From Eledone cirrhosa (Eukaryota), in the NCBI GenBank assembly GCA_964016885.1, contig OZ024743.1:248806001-248870000 (forward strand): DNA of 64,000 nucleotides, written 5' to 3'. The notes below the pieces were generated by a model, which made no database searches, had not been told where the DNA came from, and saw nothing but the letters and a program-made list of their open reading frames with translations. Both the position numbers and the translations under genes were made by a program. This document shows positions 12,925 through 24,654 of the stretch, piece after piece (the first letter of the stretch is position 1; each line of letters opens with the position of its first letter).

Positions 12925-13860
12925 CTGTGGACTAGCCTTCCTGCATGCGCACTTCGGACCAGCCTTCGCGCATGCGCACTTCGAACCAGCCTTCGCGCAT
13001 GCAACTTCAGACCAGCATTCACGCATGAGCACTTTGGACCGGACTTCGCGCATACGCAGTACAGACCAGATTTCGCACATGTGCAGTAGGCATCAGCCTT
13101 CGCGGGTGCGCAGTATGGACCAGCTTTCGCGCATGCAACTTTGAACCAGCATTAGCACATGCGCACTTCGGACCAGACTTTGCGCATGCGCACTTCGGAC
13201 CAGACTTCGTGCATGCGCAGTTCAAACCAGACTTCGCGCTTGCGCACTTCACACCAGATTCGCGCATGAGCACTTCGAATCAGACTTAGCGCATGCACAC
13301 TTCGGACCAGATTTTGCACATGCGCACTTCGAATCAGACTTCGCACATGTGCACTTCGGACCAGACTTCGCACATGCACACTTTGGATCAGATTTTGCAC
13401 GTGCACACTTCGGACCAGCGTTCGTGCATGTACACTTCGGACCACCCATCGTGCATGCACACTTCGGACAAGCCTTTGTGTATGCACAGTATTGACCAGC
13501 TTTTGCGCATACGCAGTATGGACCACACTTCGCACATGATCAGTACGGTCCAGCCTTCGCACATGCGCAGTACGTACCAGCCTTCATGCAGGTGCAGCAC
13601 GGACCAGCCTTTGCGCATGTGCAGTACTGACCAGCCTTTGTGCATGTGCAGTACGGACCAGCCTTCGCTCATGCACAGTACGGACCAGCCTTTGCGCATC
13701 CGCACTTCAGTCAGCCTTCACGCATGCGCAGTACGGATCTGCCTTTGCGCATGGCTAGTACGGACCACAGTGTTCGCGCATGTGCAGTACGGACCAGCAT
13801 TCGTGCATGTGCACTTCAGACCAGCCTTCGCGCATGCACATTCGGACTAGACTTCGCCTA
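12925..13860. repeat. 27-bp CpG-rich minisatellite (about 34 units) upstream of the Helitron ORF
   Basis: Unit gcgcacttcggaccagccttcgcgcat, with a cagtacgg subtype dominant in the right part. Confidence 0.95.
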
Positions 13861-14412
13861 TATATATGTCTATGTATGAATAGATATATTTGTGTGTGTG
13901 TGTCCGTTAGATGTATTATTGTATTTCATGAATTACAAAGAATTTGCAAGTTACTTCACCTGGGGAGGATTAATAATAGCTTCACTAACTTCGGAAGACA
14001 ATTTGTGTGTGGTGTGGTATGTATGTATGTGTATATATACAAATATGTATGTATGTATGTGTGTGTGTGTGTCTGCATCGGACATAATTTATATGCTATT
14101 ACATTTATATATATATCTAATCAATGGGCATACAACAGTGCTTAATCTAAATTATAATAAAGTAAGAAGTGCGGGACTGCGTACGGTTTACAATTTTTTA
14201 TCCCCTTAGTAAAATAAGTTGGATTACTTTGAATAAATAATGAATGAATATTACATAATTTATCTACTAAATTTCGTGGCTGTTCATTAAATATATTTTA
14301 TTACTTATTTAAAGATTCACTTCTTTAAAATTTTCAAATGTCAACACTTCTGATTAGCGATCGTTTAAATAAATATTCATATATTTCTGTCACTAATTTT
14401 CTTCTAATGCAG

Positions 14413-14705
14413 TTTATATATAATATCATCTTTTTTTAATGTATCATGGATTACGTTACTGATTACATAAGACAGTGTAACACAGTCTTCGTTCAATTTC
14501 TGTGTATATTGTCAATTACGATTTTATTTGATCATATCTACATGCATATACACTTGCGTATAATATCAATATACACACTACACATGCTAGCATATATATA
14601 ATATCGTCTGTTTTTAATGTATCATGGATTACATTACTGATTACAGAAGACAGTGTAACACAGTCTTTGTTCAATTTCTGTGTATATTGTCAATTACGGT
14701 TTTAT
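14413..14705. repeat. Direct duplication of about 115 bp at about 177-bp spacing
   Basis: atatataatatc...gtcaattacg occurs at about 14415 and about 14592. Confidence 0.85.
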
Positions 14706-15315
14706 ACACAAGCTACACAATTATATTGTTAATGCCTTTGAGAAAAAAAAAATCAATAGTAATTTGTTAAGTATTGAAAAAGAAAAATGTAAGCAATGAG
14801 GCCATGTTGATTTTTCTAAAATGTATCATAGTACCATGAGGGCCATTCACTGATATTTTACCATAGCAACATTGAATGAGTAAAATACACAACATGAGTA
14901 TAAATTACATTATAGTGTCTAGAATTCAAATATAAGCAACTGGCTATGTTTACATGAAGATTACATACTAATATAACTACCCACCTTTACATGTATGTAC
15001 AAATACCAAATGCACTTAAACTTGCAGATATTTTTCATGAGATTATAAAATGTCAAATAAGTTTACCTCAATTACAACTACAACTAGTTCAAGTTTGGTA
15101 CAGCCAGCTACATCTATTTCAAGCTAACTATGACAGTCTTCATTTGCTCTTCATGTGTGGAAAAGGTTAAAACAAAGAGACAGATTTTTTTTCTTGATAC
15201 TAGTGTTAATAACTGACAAAAACTTACTGCCTGAAATATATATTCTCTAAAATATATTATCAACACCAGTAGCCAATAAAATTAGCATTAATGTCCAATT
15301 GGGATTGCTTAAGAG

Positions 15316-15351
<36 letters not shown>

Positions 15352-15760
15352 GTGGCGGCTGTTCACATTTTTGTAGGAGTAGCCAGAATGAAAAATTGAA
15401 TTCACGATATTTTTGGATAAATGAAATGGAATTGACCTACATCAGTTGACGCCAAGTGTTCCAATTTTTGATCAATGTGATGCTTGTGAAATTAACTTGC
15501 AAGTGGTTAAATATTCCATAGACATGTGTAGCCTTAATGTAATTCTCAGGTAAATTCAGTATGACATGTGTAACAAGCTTGGCCCTTTGAATTATATGTG
15601 CAGTCCATCTGACAGGCTTCTAAACAGTTTCCATCTACCAAGTTTTATTCACAAAGTTTTGGTCAATCCAAAGTTCTGTTAATGTCACTTTCCCAGTGGT
15701 GTTGAACTCAAGACCTTATGATTATGAAATGAAATTCTTAACCATCCCAGCTAGTCGAAA

Positions 15761-15988
15761 TTAACCCTTTAGCATTTAAACCGGCCATATCCAGCCATCA
15801 TTCTCTCACCTCTTTCTGTTCAAATTGGCTGTAGTCAGCCACTCATACTGATGTTAAAGTATTGTTCTCAAAATAAATAATATCAAAATCTCATAGATTC
15901 GATATTATGTGAGATAATTATGTGAGGTAAGCCGTTACTGTGAAAATATAATATTAAATATAGAGTGATGTAAATGCTAAAGGGTTAA
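15761..15988. mobile_element. piggyBac-type MITE
   Basis: TTAA-ccctttagcattta ... taaatgctaaaggg-TTAA; related copy in opposite orientation at 40730. Confidence 0.8.
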
Positions 15989-17884
15989 ATACCAAAAGAT
16001 ATTCTGTACAGCTTTCTGCTGTTGCTACCAACACACCATTAAAAATCTGGTAATAAAAAAAAAAAAAATTGCATAAAAGTTTCTTGATTCATGGCAGCAA
16101 CTTATTTTTGTCAAGGGACATATATTCAAAGTCAAACGTTCTAATGCATTTCCATTCATATACAAGTAATAGGTGAATGAAATAAAATCACTGTTACAAA
16201 GAGATTGATTTTACTTTCCATGAACTGGAGTCAACTTGCTGGCTGACTTGAATATCGCCACCCTTATTATAGAAAGTCAATTAAAATTATTCAGACAAGG
16301 GCTTCTTTACTTAACAGATTTGTCAGAGTGGAAGTGGTGATGTAAAGAAATTTACGAAGCCGCAATAGTGGAACTTCACTATGAAATTATCTTCATACTA
16401 CACATGTTAATTAAATATTTATCATAAAATATATTTTCACCAAAACTTAATTCGATTCATAATTTTTGTCAGGAAATAGAATTATCTTAAAACATGGTTT
16501 CTTATTTGAGCTAAGACCTGAGGTTAAAGAAAAGTCATTCAGATGATTTAATTGATTTCAGTATATAACTAGTATTTAGCTGGTCAATACTGGAAATATT
16601 GATAAAATAGGCTCCATCATATTCAAACTGACAATAATAATTCAATTCACATCTAGGATGCTTTATAAAATTGATTCCAGTTCTTAACTGGAACTATATT
16701 TTATTGACTAAGGAAATATGAATGGCAAAATTGAATTCAGTAGGAGTTGAACTTACAATGTAAAGGACTATAACACAAGCGTTCCAGCTTTTATTTTTAA
16801 TGTTTCCTATTATATCAGCTTGTCTGGTATTCATGGGTATTTAACCCTTGTTCCACAACAAAGAAAACAATTACAAATTACCCCCCAAAACAGATAACTG
16901 GTTCATGGGTTCATGTAAATCTATAGCTGCTGCTGTTGTTGATGTCTAGACCCAGGTCATCCGTGAATGAGCAAATCTACGATGATAGGTGTTTTTATAT
17001 ATCAGAAACTACTTTATTTCAAAGTGATCTTTTCTTTTCTTTTTTTGTGATGGGGGTGGGGGCTTTTAAGTGAACATGTAAAAGCCAAATGGGAAATAAC
17101 ACACATATAGTTTATTATTCAAAATGAAACACCAGATATAGCCTAGTGGTTAGGGAGTTTACTTTACAATCATGTGGTTCTGGGTTCAGTCCTGCTGTGT
17201 GACAACTTGAGCAAGTATCTTCTACTACAACCTAAGGTTAACTTACTTCTTATGAGGGGAATTTGGTAGACAGAAACTGCAGAAGCCCATTGTATATATG
17301 TGGGGGGTGGGGGGTATATGTCCATGTTCCAGACCTGTCAACTCTCCCCATCCAATGGAGAAATCTCCCACCCACTTTGGAGTGGGTGAGAGATGTCTTC
17401 TCTTGTGAAAATAGGTATAGCTTTCATTATGTAAAAACTCCCCATTTTGCTTCATTTCTCCCCTTTTGGGGGCGGTTTTTTTCATGGTACTCCTCATTTG
17501 GGTTTTTAGAGGTTGGCAGGTCTGATGACTGTGTTTATGTCATGTATGTAATTTAGCTGTTCAACCAAAAAAAAATTCAATAAATTAAGTACCAGACTTG
17601 AAAATATAAGTGCTGGGGTCAATATGATCGAGTAAATGAAAGCAATGCCCCAATGTGGCTGCAGTTTAATGAATAAAACCAGTGAAAGAGTAAAAGAGCA
17701 TTGGCAGAATGATGTATACATATTTTTGACAATCAAAATGTCTGACATTTAAAAGAAATGTGTTTGTGGGAAATCTTTTTATAAATTTCTAGATTCCAAC
17801 AGGAAATACACATAAACAAATGATAACTATAAAAGATGTAAGTGGCGTGGAAATGAATTGTTTTGCAAATAAGCATCAACATTA

Positions 17885-20125
17885 GGTAATGTGTCAAGGA
17901 AAACCGTGATATTGTCGGGGAGAAGTGTGTACTTAATGATGATGGCGTGCTTGCCATCACTGACGCTGATAAGAAGGTAGCTTGGAAGTGTCACTACGAA
18001 AGGCTACTAAATGAGGAGAATAAATGGGAGAAAGACAGTCTCCCCCACATCGACCCAATAGAGGGACCAGCAGTGTTAGTCGAAGGTAGTATAATAAGTA
18101 AGGCAATCAAAGATATGAAGACGGGTAAGGCGGCTGGGCCTTCGGAAATAGTTGCTGAGATGCTGAAAGCCTCTGGAACGGTGGGACACACCATGGTCAC
18201 CCGGATAGTAAACCAAGTCATACAGAATGGGGTTGTTCTGAAGGACTGGCGTAGCAGCATAATCATTAACTGCTACAAGGGTAAAGGAGACGCCCTAGAT
18301 AGGAGTAACTATAGAGGCATTAAATTAATCGACCAGGTCATGAAGGTCACGGAAAAAGTAATAGCGCAACTAATCAGAGAGAGAATCGATCTAGATGAAA
18401 TGCAGTTCGGGTTTGTGTCAGGCAAAAGTACCACAGACGCTCTTTTCATTGTACGACAACTACAGGAGAAGTACCTAGCTAAAAGTAAACCCCTATACTT
18501 AGCTTTCGTCGACTTGGAGAAAGCCTTCGACAGAGTCCCCCGTTCCATTATCTGGTGGGCTCTTAGAAAACTAGGTGTTGATGAATGGCTTGTGAGAGCT
18601 ATACAAGCCATGTATAAAGAAACAGTCAGCAAGGTTAGAATTAACAACGAATATAGTGAAGAGTTTAGCGTAAAAGTTGGTGTTCATCAGGGCTCTGTTC
18701 TTAGCCCCCTCCTATTTATTATATCGCCCTCCAAGCTATAACGGAGGAGTTCAAGACCGGCTGCCCATGGGAACTCCTATACGCAGATTATCTAACACTC
18801 ATAACCGAATCAATGACTGAGCTAGAGAAGAAATTCCAAACATGGAAGCATGGCCTAGAATCAAAAGGCCTTAAAATTAACCTGGCTAAGACTAAAGTTC
18901 TAGTTTGTAGGAAAGAAAATAAGGCGCCGGTCCCTTCCGGGAAATGGCCATGCTCAGTGTGTAGGAAAGGCGTAGGTAGAAACTCCATTTTATGTCCCAA
19001 ATGCAAAGTATGGGTGCATAAAAGATGTAGTGGGATCATAGGTAAGCTAACTAAGAACATAGATTTTACATGTGGCCGGTGCTCTGGTGCAATAAGTAGC
19101 AGCAAGTGCCAACAAAATACTAGCTCTTTCAATTGCGCAGAGGGTTCTATAGAAATAGTGGACAGCTTCCGTTACCTGGGTGATAAAATCAGCAGTGGGG
19201 GAGGGTGCTCTGAAAGTACAGTAGCTAGAGTCAGAACTGGATGGAAAAAGTTCAGAGAGCTTATACCACTATTAGCCGCTAAAGGGTTCTCCCTAAAAAT
19301 GAAAGGCAGGCTGTATGATGCCTGCATACGAACAGCAATGTTGCATGGCAGTGAGACCTGGGCATTGTGTGCAGAGGATATATGCAGACTAGAGAGGAAT
19401 GAAGCTTGCATGCTCCGCTGGATGTGTAATAGTAATATACGCGAACGGCAAAGCATAAACGAACTAAGGGAAAATTAGAAATAAGAGGGATCAGATGTTG
19501 TTTACTCGAGAGAAGGCTAAGTTGGTATGGTCACGTGATGCGCATGAAAGACGACAGCTGTATAAAAAAGTGCAGGGCAATAAAGATAGACGGTAGCCAC
19601 GGAATAGGCAGACCTATAAAAACCTGGGACAACCTGATAAACTCCGATCTCACACACTTACACCTCTCCAAGACAATGTCACTGGACCGAGATCTTTGGC
19701 GGCACTCAGTAATAGAGAAGACCCGCCTTACCTAAATACAAAGTAAAACCTACTACAGTCAGTAGGCATCTCTAAAAAAATACACCCCCGTCCCACCACC
19801 CCCACCCCATCCACACCGCTCCTTTCAATGTAAAGTTATGTTGGTGCCACAACATCCAGGCCGAAACAAATGAGATCGTGTAGGTGTCACGACAAAAAAA
19901 CACACAGTCCACGCTGTAATGTGGCCGTGTAGGCAACACGGTAAAAACCTCCCAGTCCCACACTGTAAATGTGGTTGGTGTTAGGAAGGGCATCCAGCTG
20001 TAGAAAACCCGCCAGACAGTCCTATGCGAGCAAGACAACCACTCTTGCCTCAAGTGGGAAAATTCCCGTCCAAACCCATGCAAGCGTGGAACATGGACGT
20101 TAAACAATGATGATGATGATGATGA
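17885..20125 (+). mobile_element. 5'-truncated RTE-clade LINE (RT with internal PHD-type finger), frameshifted
   Basis: NYRGIKL, QFGF, FVDLEKAFD, GVHQGSVLSPLLF, YADY, FRYLG, WYGHV, GRPIKTW; 3' UTR ends in (TGA)n. Confidence 0.92.
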
Positions 20126-20311
20126 TTAATGTTGATGTAACAGGCTAAAATTGGACAGGAACAAATATGTGTGTGTATATAAGTTTGAATACATACAACT
20201 ACACACACACACGTGTGTATATATATATATACAGGGTGTCCCCAAAATTGTATAGACACTTCAACAACATTCTAATCGAAGTGTGTTTACTTTCTTTTTG
20301 GGGGAACGACC

Positions 20312-20348
<37 letters not shown>

Positions 20349-20377
20349 GGGGGGGGGGGGGGGTCACGTGTGTGTGT

Positions 20378-20930
20378 GTATGACCTAGTCCTCATAGCTG
20401 AATTTAGAGGAGCATTAGAGAGAAAATTTAAAACAAGGAAAAACCTTGAGTTGAAAGGCCTAAAAGTAAACTTAGAAAACACGAAAGTCTTAATAAGTAG
20501 GAAACCAGACCAGAAAAGGATGGGTAGTAATTCCATAAGGTGCACTCAGTGTAATTTATGGATGCACAAATGATTTAGTGGGATTGTAGGCAGACTAGCA
20601 GAAATGATAGACATTATATGTGGTAGATGCAGAGGAAAAGTGATCACACATGATATAGCTTCCTTTAGTTGCCAGGAAGGCTTCATAGAAGTAAACAGCT
20701 TTTGTTACCTAGGCAATCAAATTACCAGTGGGGGAGGTGTGCCAAAAGTGTGATAGCTAGGGTAGGAATATATTGGAAGAAGTTTAGAGACACTGCTGAC
20801 AACAAAGGGATTTTCTCTAAGAGTGAAGGGTAGATGTATGATGCCTGTGTGTAAACTGCAATGTTACATGGCAGTGAAACATGTGCCTTAACTGCAGAAG
20901 ACCTACAGAGGCTGGAAAGAAATGAGTCAA
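20378..20930 (+). mobile_element. Decayed RTE fragment
   Basis: DLVLIAE...GLKVNLENTKVL, CTQCNLWMHK, MLHGSET-like remnants. Confidence 0.75.
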
Positions 20931-21780
20931 TTAAGCAAATTTAGCTTATAACGAAGGATCCTGCAAATCTTTTGTATGGGAAATTCAAATAATTAAGGTA
21001 AGAGATATGTATGCATAGTGAAAACGTCCACAGAAATAGTTATATGGACAGGTACTATGAAGATCAGTCTAGGTGGTCACCATGTGCCATATGGTATCAC
21101 TGAAATTGCACATGTTGAACAACAGAAATAAAAAAACAAATATGTCAACCAAGGAATATGTGTAAAAGATATCAATATATCTTAGCATATCAGGATAAGA
21201 GAAAGAACAATGAATGTATAAAGAAATGGAAAATTGAAATATCCAAATGGAAAGAGTTGCATTTAAGAAAGGAGTGTGGAGAAAATAAGTGTTCCAGTTG
21301 TTTGATCGATGGAATGGACAACTTGTAAAAATAATATGCATATAGTGTTCCATGTACATGTTTACCCCTAATGTAATTGTTTGGGAGATTCAGCGTGACA
21401 CAATGTGGGACAAGGTTGGCCCTTTGAATTACAGGTATAATCCATTTGACAGGCTTCTAAACTTTCTGTCTACACAATTTTATTCACAAAGCTTAGGTTG
21501 ACCTGAGGCTATGGTAAATTATACTTGCTCAAGATGCCATGCAATGGGATCAAACCTAGTTGATTGTTAAACAAAGTTCATTTGGAGAAGTCTGCTTCCA
21601 CTGAAGATTACTTATTAAAACAAGCATGTCTCTAAAAAGAACTCGTGTGTGTGTGTGCGTGTGCGTGTGTACCTTTGGTAGGTTTGACTTATAGAATAAG
21701 TGGATTTGTATTAAAATACTGTATAGTCCAGCATTGAGATGTCCATATGAAATGGTAGTAATTATATATATATATATATA

Positions 21781-24514
21781 TCATCATCATCATTTTACGT
21801 CCGCTCTTCCCTGCTTGCAAGGGCAGGACGGGTCTTATTCAGCACAGCATCTCTCCACTTGTCACGGTCCTTCATCATCTCCACCGTGAGCTTCAGCGAT
21901 CTGAGGTCTGTTCTCACCACCTCCGCCCATGTTTTTCTTGGTCTACCTCTACCACGTCTTCCTTCAACTGGCATTTCCTGGCACTTCTTCACCCATCGGT
22001 CATCCTCCATGCGCATCACATGTCCATACCACCGCAGTCTCCTCTCTCGCACACTACATTCTATCCCTCTCAGACACAGTTTCTCTCTCAACACATTCAT
22101 GCTGGGTCGTTCACGCACATTGACACTGAACATCCAACGGAGCATGCTTGCCTCATTTCTCTCCAGCCGTCGCATATCCCCTGCAGTTGCTGCCCATGTC
22201 TCACTACCATGCAGCATCGTGCTCCTCACACAGGCTTCATATAACCGGCTTTTCATACGCAGGGAGAAACCCTTCTTCGTCAGCAGAGGAAGCAGCTCCC
22301 TAAACTTCTTCCAACCCGTTCTTATTCTAGATACTATGGCCTCGGAACCCCCTCTCCTCCCATACTAATCTGATCTCCTAGGTACCAGAAGCTATCTACC
22401 ACTTCTATAGCATCCGCCTGCATTTGAAAAATGTGTCTATCAATGCAACTTCTACTGTCTAATTTCCCTGTACATTTACTGCATACGTATTTCTCCCTAC
22501 CTGTTAGTTTGCCTGCTATCCCGCTACATCTCTTGTGTACCTAGGATCTGCATTGTGTGCATTTTATAGAATTTATACCAGTTCCTTTTCTGCATATCAA
22601 ACATGGCCATTTCCCTGACGGAATCAGAGTTTTGTCCTCTTTTCTACTCATCAACACTTTTGTCTTAGCTAGGTTCACTCTCAGTCCTCTTGCTTCCAAC
22701 TGTTGTTTCCATAGCCAGAATTTATTCTCTAGCTCCTCTACTGATTCTGCTATAAGACCCAGATCATCAGCATAGAGAAGTTCCCATGGACAGCCAGTCT
22801 TAAACTCCTCTGTTATGGCTTGGAGGACTATAATGAACAAGAGTGGGCTGAGGACCGAACCTTGATGTACTCCTACTTGTATCTGGAATTCTTCACTAAA
22901 CTCCATTCCTACCCTGACTTTACTGACAGTACCTCTGTACAAAGTTTGCACTGTCCTCACAAGCCATTCCTCAACATCTAGTTTCCTTAGGGACCACCAG
23001 ATGACAGATCGGGGTACCCTATCAAAGGCCTTCTCTAGGTCAACAAAGGCAAAGTATGGCTTATTTTTCTCTAAGAACCTCTCTTGTAATTGTCTCACCA
23101 AGAAGAGGGCATCTGTTGTACTCTTCCCAGGCACAAAACCAAACTGCATCTCATCTAGTTTGACCCTTTCTTTAATTATTTGTGCTAATATCCTTTCTGC
23201 CACTTTCATAACCTGATCCATCAGTTTTATACCCCTATAATTACTCCTCTCCAGAGCATCCCCTTTACCTTTGTAGTAATTTATGAGAATACTGCTGCAC
23301 CAGTTTTGGGGTATGACACCACCATATATAGCCGGATTGATGATGCGTGCAACCAGTTTAGTGCCTACGTCCCCTGATGCCTTCAGCATCTCAGCAACTA
23401 TTCCCGATGGTCCAGCAGCCTTACCATATTTCATTTCCTTAATCGCCTCTTGGACCCTATATTCATCAATCTCAATAGCTGGTCCCTCTGTCGGATCTAC
23501 TGAGGGTAATTCCTCTCTCTCCCAATCGTTCTCCACATTCATCAGTCTCTCATAATGACATTTCCAGGCCTCCTTTTTCTGATCATTCATGACACTAAGT
23601 ACACCGGCATCATTCCGGACACATTTATCTCCAACAACATCCTGATTTGCATTGACACACTGCCTTGCAATGTGGAACACCGCACGCCTCTGATCTTCCC
23701 ATCGCAGAACATTGGCAAACCTCCTACTCTCAGCCACCCTGCGTGCTAAGTACACCTGACATCTAGCTTCTCTCTTAGCGGCTGTATATCCTTCCCTACT
23801 CCCACCCTTTTTTCAAGCCTTCCATGCTAGTCTTTTGTCTCTAATGGCCTTATATACTGTGCTGTTCCACCACCAGGTCACTCTCTGTCTGGTTGGAGCT
23901 CTGCTTCAGCCACAAGTTTCATCAGTAGCCTGCAGTAAGTTGTCACGTAAGAAGTTCCAGTTATTATCTATGTCATACGTCTCTAAATCGTCTTTTTCGT
24001 CATACACATCTTGTAGGGCTTTCCTAAATTTGTATTTTAGTGAAAGGTCTTTTAGCTTCCAGACCTTTCTTCTCCACACCTTCCTGTATGTCTCATTCCA
24101 TCTCTTGCTTACTGAGATATCACTAACGACTAGCCTATGCTGTGGGGTACATTCTTCCCCAGGGTATGCCTTGGTATTAGACACTATCTGCCTGTCCCGC
24201 TACCTAACTAGTAAGAAGTCAATCTGGCTTATATGCTCGCCAGATTTGTAGGTTATTAGGTGGTTGGCAGGTTTCTGGAAGTTTGTGTTGCAAATAGTCA
24301 GTGTACTTGCATCACAAAATTCAAGAAGTCTCACTCCTTCTTCATTTCTTGAGCCGTAACCATGCCCACCATGTACCCCAGTGTAACCATCCTGCAGCTG
24401 TCCAACATGACCATTGAAGTCCCCTGCTAGCATAACGATGTCTCCGTCCTCTGTCATTGCGGTTGTTTGTAAAAGTTGCTCGTAAAAGCAGTCTTTCTCT
24501 TCTTTGCCCAGGCC
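21781..24514 (-). mobile_element. RTE-clade LINE (partial APE endonuclease, RT, PHD-type finger), decayed
   Basis: AGDFNGHVG, SQIDF, QHRLV (APE); FVDLEKAFD, YADD; WYGHV, GRPRKTW; (TGA)n tail; several in-frame stops. Confidence 0.93.
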
Positions 24515-24618
24515 TGTAAGTATGTATATATGTAAAAGGTAAATAGAAATAACAACACAATCGGTACAGTATATGGAAGCAATATATTAGGTTAACGCTT
24601 GATATAGCAGGAAGAGGG

Positions 24619-24654
24619 TCTTAACGTTTCGGACGCTAGTCTTTCATCAGAAGA
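24619..24654 (-). ncRNA. Minimal type I hammerhead ribozyme motif (Penelope-like element type)
   Basis: UCUU-CUGAUGA-AA-GAC(UAGC)GUC-C-GAAAC-GUU-AAGA: stem I UCUU/AAGA, palindromic ACGU stem III, one mismatch at the base of stem II. Confidence 0.65.
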
